Assembly: GCA_031284195.1 (NCBI GenBank)
Contig: JAITAI010000242.1
Span: 1-35,094 of the forward strand
Direction of reading: 5' to 3'
Source of the DNA: Treponema sp.
Lineage (GTDB): Bacteria > Spirochaetota > Spirochaetia > Treponematales > Breznakiellaceae
DNA length: 35,094 bases
Of the stretch, positions 1 through 8,567 are shown in pieces (the first letter of the stretch is position 1; the number at the start of each line of letters is the position of its first letter). A program made the position numbers and the translations under genes. The notes under the pieces were generated by a model. The model was not told where the DNA came from, made no database searches, and saw only the letters and a program-made list of their open reading frames with translations.

Positions 1-198
1 ATATGCCAGACGAAGCCCTTGCCCCCCTTTCTCAACACGGATAATCCCCAGGAAACCCATAAAACCCTGCACCAGCGAAGGGCCGCAGCTTATAAAAACA
101 GCGCCTATATGAGGGTTCAGGCAGAAGCTAAGGAGCCTGAACAGATTGCCCAGGAAATCATCCTCGCCTTGGGCCGCTTAGCGGAGCCTCTACCTTGA
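1..198 (+). CDS. possible 3' end of an upstream gene (partial, function unknown)
   Basis: Frame 1 is open from the window edge for 65 codons to TGA at 196-198. It has no start codon in the window, so it is absent from the ORF track. No recognisable motif. Confidence 0.3.
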   Translation: MCQTKPLPPFLNTDNPQETHKTLHQRRAAAYKNSAYMRVQAEAKEPEQIAQEIILALGRLAEPLP

Positions 199-276
199 CG
201 CCGGATAAAGAGGGCTTAACCTTATGGTTTGTCTTCATACTTGATAGGCGTTCCCCTTTATGGGCATACTCATCCT

Positions 277-1572
277 ATGATTAAAAAGATGCTTAAAAAC
301 CTGTCGGTGGTAGACAGGATCCTCTTTGGTTTGGTCCTTATCATGTTACCCTTGGGGTTCTTTATCAAAATCGGTGTCAGAACCATACGAGAAGCTCAGG
401 CAAGTACCCTTGTATTTACCCAATGGTGGCAGGATGAACTAAAAGACGATACCCTTAAAAGGATCGTCAGTGAATTTGAAGCGAGTAATCCCGGTATTAC
501 CATCAAATTGGAGCATCTTTCCTATCAGGAAATGGAGGACCGCCTCTTCGAGGGAATACCTGGCGAAATAAGTAGATCCGATATTCTTGCCCTTGACCTA
601 CAATGGCTGTATGAACTCACCCAGCAGGGTATGCTTAAGCCCTTGGATCCCTATATAGAAAAGACGAAAACCATGGAAAATATTATTCCTGGTTTATCCT
701 CCGATAGCCCCCAAGGATCCGAAACGGTCTGGGCCCTTCCGATGGTCTCATTCATGGTTCCCCTTTTTTATAATGTGGAAGTCTTACAATCTGCAGGGTT
801 TGATCGTCCCCCTAAGAACCGAGTGGATTTTTTACACTACGCCCGGACCATTACCAATAGCAATACTGGCCGCTTTGGTATGGCCCTGGCTTTAAGCCCA
901 GGGTACCCTGCCAGTCTGTATGTGGATGTGTATTCCTGGATCTGGGCTGCCGGGGGGGTCATGCTTCAGGATGGTAAACCCAATTTCATCAGCCCCCCCA
1001 TCTTCGAGACCTTGGGCTTTCTGGATACCTTATATAGAGAAGGACTGCTCTCGCCGGACCTCTTCTTCAAAACAAGAGAACAGAAACTTGAGGAATTCGC
1101 CCAGGGTAAAATCGGTATGATGGTTGCATCGGTACAGGATATCCATACCCTTCAGCAGCAGATGGGAGATACGGGCTTCGGCATCACCACCATCCCCAGC
1201 CTGGATATGGGTAAAAAACCGGTATTCGGTTTAACCAGTTGGTACACCGGTATTTCCCAGTATAGTACGCATCAAGATCAGGCTTGGGCCTTCATCACGT
1301 TTTTGGCGGAACGGAGTTCTCGCTTAGCCATTGCGTCCCATGCAGTGCCGGGAAACTGGAGCGGAACGCGGAACCTTAAAGGGGATGTATATGCCAAGGC
1401 CTATGATATGTATGAGGGAGGGGACGTTATGCAAGAATTCATCGGCATCCCGCAGATTCATTTCCTGGAGACCATAGTCCGGGAGGAACTCTATACCATG
1501 TTTACCCAAGGCCGGGATCCTGCTGCAACGGCTGTATCCATTCAAAAGCGGTGGGAAGAAACCTTACCCTGA
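277..1572 (+). CDS. ABC transporter extracellular solute-binding protein (family 1, sugar/oligosaccharide type), membrane anchored
   Basis: ORF 229-1572. Basic N-region MIKKMLKNL followed by the hydrophobic anchor LFGLVLIMLPLGFFI. Length and composition (WWQDE..., SYQEMEDRL, WYTGIS) are typical of family-1 SBPs. The ATG at 277 is preferred over the TTG at 229, but the start is uncertain. No permease genes follow. Confidence 0.75.
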   Translation: MIKKMLKNLSVVDRILFGLVLIMLPLGFFIKIGVRTIREAQASTLVFTQWWQDELKDDTLKRIVSEFEASNPGITIKLEHLSYQEMEDRLFEGIPGEISRSDILALDLQWLYELTQQGMLKPLDPYIEKTKTMENIIPGLSSDSPQGSETVWALPMVSFMVPLFYNVEVLQSAGFDRPPKNRVDFLHYARTITNSNTGRFGMALALSPGYPASLYVDVYSWIWAAGGVMLQDGKPNFISPPIFETLGFLDTLYREGLLSPDLFFKTREQKLEEFAQGKIGMMVASVQDIHTLQQQMGDTGFGITTIPSLDMGKKPVFGLTSWYTGISQYSTHQDQAWAFITFLAERSSRLAIASHAVPGNWSGTRNLKGDVYAKAYDMYEGGDVMQEFIGIPQIHFLETIVREELYTMFTQGRDPAATAVSIQKRWEETLP

Positions 1573-1822
1573 TCCGGCTTTATCCATGCCCCAAATTGTC
1601 TTTACCATCTTTGCAAACCCTTCGCCCTCGTCTTTAGTTGCTGCAAAGGCAGGAATAGCGAAGATGAGCCTTGTAACGGCCTAGCCGCTTTACCTGCCAA
1701 GGGAAACCGGGGTTCATGGTTAGGAGCACCCCGCACCCCGGCGGTCCAGCCAAAGCGCCTCATAAAACCTTCCCTATGGAGTCTTTATGGTTTGCAAAAC
1801 TGAAGGGAAGTCTAACAGACCC

Positions 1823-2992
1823 CTAGGATTTATCCAAAACCCCCTTCAGCAGGCCCAATCCTTGGTCTATTTCAGCATCCTTGATGATATAAGGCGGAAG
1901 GAAACGCAATGTATGGGTTCCTGCCGAAAGGATGAGCAAACCTGCGGCCAAGGCCTTTTCCAGTACTGGCCACGCTTCCGTAGTGATATCCACTCCAAGC
2001 ATAAGCCCTTGCCCCCGGATTTCCCGGATCTTCGGATGCTGCCAACTACCCAACACCTCCTGAAACTGCTTCCCTTTCCGGACAATCTCTGATAAAAAGT
2101 GGGGCTCCTGTACCGTCTCCAGCACCACAAGCCCTGCAGCTGCAGCCAAAGGATTTCCGCCAAAGGTACTGCCATGATCACTCATCCCAAACACATCCGC
2201 AGCCTTTTCCCCGGTAAGAACCGCTCCTACTGGAACGCCCCCGGAAAGACCTTTTGCCAGGGTAACGATGTCGGCTTTGACCCCGTAGGCTTCACAGGCA
2301 AGAAAGGTCCCGGTCCTGCCCACACCGCACTGGATCTCGTCAAACATGAGCAGTATATCCCGCTCTGCACAGAGTTGAGCTGCAGCGGCTATATAGGGAG
2401 GGGCCAAGGGGAAAATACCACTTTCCCCTTGAATAGCTTCCAGGAGTAGCCCAGCCACAGAAGCCGGGTCTAAAGCCCGATCCAGCGCCTCCAGGTCTCC
2501 CGGCGGAATGAACCGGAACCCCTCGGTAAAGGGGCCGAAGTCCTGGTGAAAACGCTCTTGCCCGGTAGCCGAGAGGGTGGTAATAGTCCTCCCGTGGAAA
2601 CTCCCCTTGAGGCTTACGATGGTATGCCGTCTGGGCCCGTAATTCTTGAGAGAATACTTCCGGGCGATCTTACAGGCTCCTTCATTGGCCTCGGCGCCGG
2701 AATTACCCAGAAAGACCTTCCGCATCCCCACAGGAGCGCAGGCAGCCACCAGCTTTTCCGCAAACGCCTCGGCTACATCACTCTGGTAATAATTGCAGAC
2801 ATGATTGAACTTGGCTGCCTGTTCGGAGATGGCCTTAACCAGGGCTGGATAGGCATGGCCCAGGCAATTTACCGCAATACCTGCGGTAAAATCCAGGTAC
2901 TTTTTCCCAGTCCCATCCTTGAGCCAAGACCCTTCCCCGGAAACAAAAGTAACCGGCAACCGGTGATACGTATTCATAAAAACATCAGCCAT
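1823..2992 (-). CDS. argD: acetylornithine aminotransferase (class III PLP aminotransferase)
   Basis: 389 aa. N-terminus MNTYHRLPVTFVSGEGSWLKDGTGKKYLDFTAGIAVNCLGHAYP, then GNSGAEANEGACKIARKY and FDEIQCGVGRTG...TLAKGLSGG (PLP lysine context). Sits downstream of argB on the same strand. Confidence 0.9.
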   Translation of the reverse strand: MADVFMNTYHRLPVTFVSGEGSWLKDGTGKKYLDFTAGIAVNCLGHAYPALVKAISEQAAKFNHVCNYYQSDVAEAFAEKLVAACAPVGMRKVFLGNSGAEANEGACKIARKYSLKNYGPRRHTIVSLKGSFHGRTITTLSATGQERFHQDFGPFTEGFRFIPPGDLEALDRALDPASVAGLLLEAIQGESGIFPLAPPYIAAAAQLCAERDILLMFDEIQCGVGRTGTFLACEAYGVKADIVTLAKGLSGGVPVGAVLTGEKAADVFGMSDHGSTFGGNPLAAAAGLVVLETVQEPHFLSEIVRKGKQFQEVLGSWQHPKIREIRGQGLMLGVDITTEAWPVLEKALAAGLLILSAGTHTLRFLPPYIIKDAEIDQGLGLLKGVLDKS

Positions 2993-3007
2993 ATTTTTCC
3001 TTTTTTT

Positions 3008-3241
3008 CTCTTACTTCCTATCCGGCTTAGTAACTAAACCCGGCGTCCTAATAGGTGTTTTCTCTTGCTTTCTATCCGGCCTTATGGACTAAACCCAGCG
3101 TCCTCCAGTTTTCCCTTACTTCCTATCCGACCTTATTAACTAAGTCCAGCGTCCTAGGAGGTGTTTCTCTTACTTCCTATCCGGCTTAGTAACTAAACCC
3201 GGCATCCTAGGAGGTGTTTTCTCTTGCTTCCTATTGGGCTT
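3008..3241. repeat. tandem repeat, 54-bp unit, 4 full copies plus a partial fifth, in the argB-argD spacer
   Basis: The CTT(A/G)CT unit starts at 3010, 3064, 3115, 3169 and 3223 (periods 54, 51, 54, 54). Each unit carries a 22-bp near-palindrome CCGGCTTAGTAACTAAACCCGG and an AGGAGGTG ... CTTCCT complementary pair. Confidence 0.9.
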
Positions 3242-3328
3242 TTCTTTGGTTGCAGGCCCTTGGAAACCGGTTTTTCTCATTCGGATTAATCCCGCAATTG
3301 CTGGACCAGCTTGCTGGGCCTGCGATTT

Positions 3329-4213
3329 TTACCCAGCTTCAATCATGGTACCGATCCCCCCATGGGTAAAAAGTTCGATAAGCAAGGCATGGGGAAAACG
3401 TCCGTCAATGATATGGGCCTTCTTGACCCCCCCCTCCAGGGCAAGACTGCAACAATCCGTCTTGGGGATCATACCTTTACTCATAATCCCCTCTTTTCTT
3501 AGCGCTGCCAGTTCTGTGTTCGTGATCACTTTGATAAGGGAATCCGGGTCATGGACATCCCGGAGTAGGCCCGGTACATCGGTCATAAGGAGGAGTTTCT
3601 CCGCCTCCAAAGCCACTGCGATCCGGGCTGCGGCCATATCCGCGTTGATGTTAAGGGCATGTCCCGTGGCAGCTCCTATACCCAGCGCAACCGAGGAGAC
3701 CACCGGAATGGCCCCTGAATGTAATATCCCCTCCAAAACCGAGGTATTCACGGTTTCAATCTCCCCTACTAAGCCCAGATCCTCATCCTCTGTACCAAGC
3801 TGTTTGGCCTGGAGCAGCCCCCCGTCAATACCGCAAATGCCTATAGCCTGCCCCCCTTGTTGCTGAATCAGAAAGGTAATGTCCTTATTCACCTTACCGC
3901 AGAGGACCATCTGCACGATTTCCATGGTCTCTTCATCGGTATACCGAAGCCCCCGGACAAAACGGCTCTCTTTACCCAGCGCCTGGAGCATGGCTTCAAT
4001 TTCCGGGCCTCCTCCATGGACCAGCACGGTCCTGATGCCTACACAGCTCATGAGGATCACATCCTGCATCACCGCTGCCTTGAGGTCGGCATGGATCATG
4101 GCATTCCCGCCGTACTTAACCACCATGGTCTTACCCTGGTAGCGCTGAATATACGGTAAGGCGTGAACCAGAACCGCTGCCTGGTCAGCATAGTTGTTAT
4201 CCCTATCCTTCAT
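3329..4213 (-). CDS. argB: acetylglutamate kinase
   Basis: 294 aa. Contains VVKYGGNAM, LVHGGGPEI, NINADMAAARIA and a C-terminal amino-acid kinase fold signature. Confidence 0.92.
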   Translation of the reverse strand: MKDRDNNYADQAAVLVHALPYIQRYQGKTMVVKYGGNAMIHADLKAAVMQDVILMSCVGIRTVLVHGGGPEIEAMLQALGKESRFVRGLRYTDEETMEIVQMVLCGKVNKDITFLIQQQGGQAIGICGIDGGLLQAKQLGTEDEDLGLVGEIETVNTSVLEGILHSGAIPVVSSVALGIGAATGHALNINADMAAARIAVALEAEKLLLMTDVPGLLRDVHDPDSLIKVITNTELAALRKEGIMSKGMIPKTDCCSLALEGGVKKAHIIDGRFPHALLIELFTHGGIGTMIEAG

Positions 4214-4257
4214 TAGGTTTAGGTATACCCTATTTCTCAGGGTTTGTGCAATATTTA

Positions 4258-4809
4258 TCAGAGCATATTCAAGATAAACGCAGAGGAATTACTATTTCCA
4301 TACAAAATGAAGACTTGGTTAAAATAGGGAACCGCAAGTTCAATTTGCTTATTCCTTATACAACCTGGACGCCGGAGTTCGGAACCAGGACATCGAAGTT
4401 TAGAACGTGGATATCTGAGTTCAGAGTATGGAAATTGGAGTTCGGAGTATGAAAATCGGAGTTCAGAACTTGGACACCGGAGTTCAGAGTAGGGACATTG
4501 GAGTTCGGAGCATGGACATCGAAGTTTAGAACGTGGACATCGAAGTTCGGAGTATGAAAATCGGAGTTCAGAGCATGGACATCGAAGTTCAGAACATGGA
4601 AATTGGAGTTTAGAACATAGACATCGGAGTTCAGAGCATGGAAATTGGAGTTCAGGACATGGACATCGGAGTTCAGAACATAGACATCGGAGTTCGGAAC
4701 ATGAAACTCGGAGTTCAGAACATGGACATCGAAGTTTAGAACGTGGATATCGGAGTTCAGAGCATGGAAATGGGAGTTCGGAGCATGGACATCGAAGTCT
4801 GGAATCCAC
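4258..4809 (-). other. repeat-encoded ORF (about 20 heptads of the type RCPCSEL); coding status doubtful
   Basis: Open only because the 21-bp unit lacks stops in this frame. GTG start at the array edge with no Shine-Dalgarno sequence. Only the SEL tripeptide is conserved; the other four positions change non-synonymously. Confidence 0.2.
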
Positions 4810-4814
4810 AGATG
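4374..4814. repeat. minisatellite: 20 full plus 1 degenerate copies of a 21-bp unit (consensus GGAGTTCAGARCATGGACATC)
   Basis: Units counted by hand start at 4374, 4395, 4416 ... 4773, exactly every 21 bp. There are no indels but many point substitutions. The array has no spacers, so it is not a CRISPR array. Confidence 0.95.
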
Positions 4815-4858
4815 GGGCCTGCCCGTGGCCGCCCAGGGTTCTGCATTTACTTTTGGAA

Positions 4859-4933
4859 TTCTTTATAGAATAAGGAATTACCTTTCCACAGATACATGGG
4901 AGGGTAATACGTAAATCCTTATTCTATAAAGAA
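4859..4933. repeat. 18-bp perfect inverted repeat with a 39-nt spacer in an AT-rich intergenic region
   Basis: TTCTTTATAGAATAAGGA at 4859-4876 pairs with TCCTTATTCTATAAAGAA at 4916-4933. Confidence 0.8.
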
Positions 4934-5328
4934 ATATACCGTTACATGCAGGAGTCATGGCATCTACTGGACATTTTAGTATAAATCTTTTTATTATAGA
5001 AATAGGACTACGAGTAAAAAGGTATTTTATTTTTATATTTGAGGTTGTTTTAAAACTGAAGTTTTGAAACTGGCTCTATTACCGTGAGACGTTCCCAATA
5101 CTTCAATTTGTGGGAAAGCCTCGATATTAAGAAGTGTATGGTCATAAGCAGCGGCGATAATTCTCTTTATGAAGGATGCTTCTGAGGGAATCCAAAAATC
5201 TCATTTTTCTTTTCATCCCTTATCTTCCATGAAGCAAGGGAGTAGCGTATCGGCAGGATTGATAAGGTAAAAAACGAACCCTACACTAATCACTGACCAT
5301 AAGGTCATACCAAGAGGAGGTATTTTGG

Positions 5329-6477
5329 ATGATGAAAACCATGAGCGCATACACCTTTGAAATTGATGACGTGGCTGTTGCGGTATCAGAAATACTCGAT
5401 CAACTTGATGTGGAACATACCTTATGCGCCCATTCTGTGGGTTTGATGACCTGTTATGACGAATTCATCGAAACCGGGGTTACCAAAGCCCTAAGTGACG
5501 CCCTTCCCTTTGATATTATCGGGTGCAGCACTATGGCTAGCGCTTCTGCAGGAGAACTGGGGGAAATGATGCTCTGTCTTACGGTCTTCACCAGCGACGA
5601 AGTGCTGTTTTCCGCCGGGGTTTCCCAGTCTTTGACCGAAATACAGGATGCACCCTTGATAGCAGCATACCAAGGAGCCCGAAAAATCTTGCCTGGAGAA
5701 CCAGCGATGATGCTCATGTGCGGGCCTACCATTAGTCAATTGGGAGGAGAACTACTGGTTGAGAAACTTGACGCCATAACCGGAGGGATTCCCCTCTTCG
5801 GGACTCTGGCAAGCGACTACCGGATGGACTATAACCGGACTTATACGATTTTCAACGGTCAAAGCAGTAACGATACCTTGTCCTTTGTGCTGGTATATGG
5901 ACCGATACAGCCCTCCTTCTTTGTTGCTACCATCCCGGGAGAAAAAGTCCAGACTCAAAAAGCGATTATCACCAAAGCAGAGGGCAATATCTTGATGGAG
6001 ATTAACGACATGCCTGTCCAGGTATATCTGGAACACCTGGGCCTTATAGATGCATGGGTTGCCACGGCTTCTTTCCCCTTTCTTATCGACTATAATGATG
6101 GAACAAAACCAGTACTCCGTTCTATTTATACCCTTACCCCCGAAGGGTATGCGGTCTGCGGAGGGCGTATGCCCGTCGGCACGACCTTAATGGTGGGAGA
6201 TATTGATTGTGCTGACGTGATGTATACCACTGGCGAAACGGTCAAGCAGATCCTGCAGGTACCGGAACCGTCTTGCATCTTAATGTTTTCGTGCCTCACG
6301 CGGTATCTGGTGTTGGAGGCAGATCCCACCGCAGAGCTGGAACAGGTACGTTCTTCCATCCATGATACGGTTTATCAATTCTGCTATTCTGGCGGTGAGA
6401 TTTGTCCGGTATATACTGAAAATGGCCGCTTGGTTAACCGTTTCCATAACTGTACCCTGATCGTATGCGTTTTATAG
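5329..6477 (+). CDS. FIST-domain (FIST_N + FIST_C) sensory protein, stand-alone
   Basis: 382 aa. Strong RBS AAGAGGAGG at 5312-5320. The C-terminal YSGGEICPV...NRFHNCTLIVCVL is the typical FIST_C ending. No output domain. Confidence 0.7.
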   Translation: MMKTMSAYTFEIDDVAVAVSEILDQLDVEHTLCAHSVGLMTCYDEFIETGVTKALSDALPFDIIGCSTMASASAGELGEMMLCLTVFTSDEVLFSAGVSQSLTEIQDAPLIAAYQGARKILPGEPAMMLMCGPTISQLGGELLVEKLDAITGGIPLFGTLASDYRMDYNRTYTIFNGQSSNDTLSFVLVYGPIQPSFFVATIPGEKVQTQKAIITKAEGNILMEINDMPVQVYLEHLGLIDAWVATASFPFLIDYNDGTKPVLRSIYTLTPEGYAVCGGRMPVGTTLMVGDIDCADVMYTTGETVKQILQVPEPSCILMFSCLTRYLVLEADPTAELEQVRSSIHDTVYQFCYSGGEICPVYTENGRLVNRFHNCTLIVCVL

Positions 6478-6643
6478 GTTTTTATAGGCGAGGCAGCTTC
6501 AAAAGGTCAAATTTTGAAACTCCAGCCTTTGTAAGGGAAAAAACAGACCTGAGACCGCTTTTTCGAGCGATCCTTTTATCGGACCATAAGTCCGCTCTAA
6601 GCGAGTTTTGAAATGGCTCAGGTTCATGAGGAAGTAGTTAGGT

Positions 6644-8380
6644 ATGCCTGATGCACTTGAGGATGATGATCACGCGAAACTCATCGCCCTGCGCAAAGAA
6701 GCCAAGAAGCTCAACCGGCAGATCGAGTTCCTACAACGGATCATTGAACGGAATAGGAGCATCATTGCCGCTAAAGCCAAGATGAATACGGTTCTCAGCA
6801 CTGAACGGGCAAAGCAGGATAGTTACATGAACCTGGTCCTCGAAAACAGCCCGGATATTATTCTCCTCTTCGATAAAAACAGTTGTTTTGTATACTGCGC
6901 TGATGTATTTCTCAAAAGGACCGGTATCAAGAACGCGGCCTTTATCAACGGACGGCACTACCGGGAGGTCTTTGGAAGGTTCATTGCTCCCCAGTTGCTT
7001 GATGAAATCACCGCAGCTTTTCAAAAGGGGATTACCGAGCGTTGTTCCACGGTGATTGAACAGATTATTGATATGGGGGATGGGATACCCTTGAATTACA
7101 AGATTCACTTTACCCCCATGTTTGACGGGAACGGAGCCCTTGAAGGTTCCTTCGCCCTGTTTCATGATTTGACCGAGGTGTTGAAGGCGAAGCAGAACGC
7201 GGAACAGGCCAATCTGGCCAAATCGAATTTTCTTGCCACGATGTCCCATGAAATACGGACCCCCCTCAACGCCATCATCGGTATGACCGGCCTGGCCAAA
7301 GCTGCCCAGGGTATAGAGCGCAAAGATTATTGCCTGGCCAAGATCGAAGGGGCCTCGGCCCATTTGCTGGGGCTTATCAATGATATTCTAGATATGTCCA
7401 AAATCGAAGCGGATAAGTTTGAGCTTTCCTATACGGAATTTGACTTTAAAAAGATGCTGCACCAGGTGATTGATGTACTTGCCTTCCGGCTTGATGAAAA
7501 GAAACAGCACCTGGTGGTCAAGGTGGATGAGCATATCCCCCCAAGGCTTGTTTCCGATGAACAGCGGTTTGCCCAGATTATTACTAACCTCTTGAGTAAT
7601 GCTACTAAGTTTACCCCCGATGAAGGGGTCATTACCATTGAGGCGCGGAAGTGCGATGAAATCGAGGGGCTTTGTACCTTGGAAATACAGGTGTCTGATA
7701 CGGGTATTGGAATTTCCCCGGAACAACAACCCCGGGTCTTCAATTCCTTTGAACAGATAGACAGCAGCATTTCCCGAAAATACGGCGGTACCGGACTGGG
7801 GCTGGCGATCAGCAAGAAAATTATAGAGATGATGCACGGGCATATCCGGGTTGAATCTACACTGGGTCAAGGGGCTTCCTTCATTTTTACTATACAGGTG
7901 AAACCGGGCAGCGCTGCTACCGATGCAGCAGGGTCAATCGGTGCGGGATCAGCGGAAAACACGAAAAGCATGGAAACCCAGAACGATCTCATAGGGTGTT
8001 TTAGCCAGTACCGGATGCTCTTAGTAGAAGATATTGACCTTAATCGGGAAATCGTTTCATCTGTGCTGGAACCCACCAGGCTTACCATAGATGAAGTGGA
8101 AAACGGGAAAATTGCCTATGAGCGGTTCATCGCCGTTCCTGAAGCCTATGATGTGATCCTCATGGATATCCACATGCCGGAAATGGATGGGTATGAAGCC
8201 ACCAGACTCATCAGGGCCTTTGATCATCTTCGGGCAAAGACCATTCCCATCATTGCCATGACTGCCAATGTGTTTCGTGAAGACCTGGAGCGGTGTTTCC
8301 AGGCCGGTATGAACAGCCACTTGGGAAAACCCCTCAATCTAGATGAACTGTTGGCTACTTTACGCCGGTATTTACGGTGA
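6644..8380 (+). CDS. soluble hybrid sensor histidine kinase (coiled coil-PAS-HisKA-HATPase_c-REC)
   Basis: 578 aa. H-box [15 protein letters not shown]-box [11 protein letters not shown]-boxes DTGIGI and [12 protein letters not shown]-terminal receiver [12 protein letters not shown]...[14 protein letters not shown]...MTANV...GKP. No transmembrane segment. Confidence 0.9.
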   Translation: MPDALEDDDHAKLIALRKEAKKLNRQIEFLQRIIERNRSIIAAKAKMNTVLSTERAKQDSYMNLVLENSPDIILLFDKNSCFVYCADVFLKRTGIKNAAFINGRHYREVFGRFIAPQLLDEITAAFQKGITERCSTVIEQIIDMGDGIPLNYKIHFTPMFDGNGALEGSFALFHDLTEVLKAKQNAEQANLAKSNFLATMSHEIRTPLNAIIGMTGLAKAAQGIERKDYCLAKIEGASAHLLGLINDILDMSKIEADKFELSYTEFDFKKMLHQVIDVLAFRLDEKKQHLVVKVDEHIPPRLVSDEQRFAQIITNLLSNATKFTPDEGVITIEARKCDEIEGLCTLEIQVSDTGIGISPEQQPRVFNSFEQIDSSISRKYGGTGLGLAISKKIIEMMHGHIRVESTLGQGASFIFTIQVKPGSAATDAAGSIGAGSAENTKSMETQNDLIGCFSQYRMLLVEDIDLNREIVSSVLEPTRLTIDEVENGKIAYERFIAVPEAYDVILMDIHMPEMDGYEATRLIRAFDHLRAKTIPIIAMTANVFREDLERCFQAGMNSHLGKPLNLDELLATLRRYLR

Positions 8381-8567
8381 ATCTATTTTCATTGTATAAA
8401 ACACCTGCGGGTAGAGGGGATGGCCTCCCCCGCTAGCGGCTTTTAAGTTTCTGCAGCCCTTCAGCCTTCATGGGATTGGGGTTTAAAGAAACTAAAAGAA
8501 AGGGGACGCTGGAAAAAAGCCTCCACCCTGGAAGGTACTTCGGTACTGCAGGGGAAGAGCATCCGAC

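Noticed and set aside
3234-3866. 210-aa ORF on the plus strand, along with other long antisense ORFs such as 6731-7363, 18004-18675, 19361-20152, 27261-27806 and 28856-29482
   Set aside because: All lie fully inside, and antisense to, genes with strong family signatures (argB, histidine kinase, ABC ATPase, binding protein, GAPDH-like, transketolase). Their translations are low-complexity and Arg/Pro/Ser-rich with no motifs, as expected for shadow ORFs in GC-rich coding sequence.
4247-4260. ARG-box-like sequence TGCAATATTTATCA upstream of argB
   Set aside because: It matches the TGAAT-AT-rich-ATTCA palindrome only partially, with several core mismatches, and it is a single copy. This is not enough to call an ArgR/AhrC operator.
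4374-4814. Possible CRISPR array
   Set aside because: The 21-bp units are directly contiguous with no unique spacers. The unit is shorter than CRISPR repeats, and no cas genes are nearby.
5061-5090. Sigma-54 promoter suggested by TGGCTC downstream of TTTTGAAAC (also at 6605-6630)
   Set aside because: The TGGCAC-N5-TTGC spacing and the GC dinucleotide are not satisfied. No enhancer-binding protein gene is nearby.
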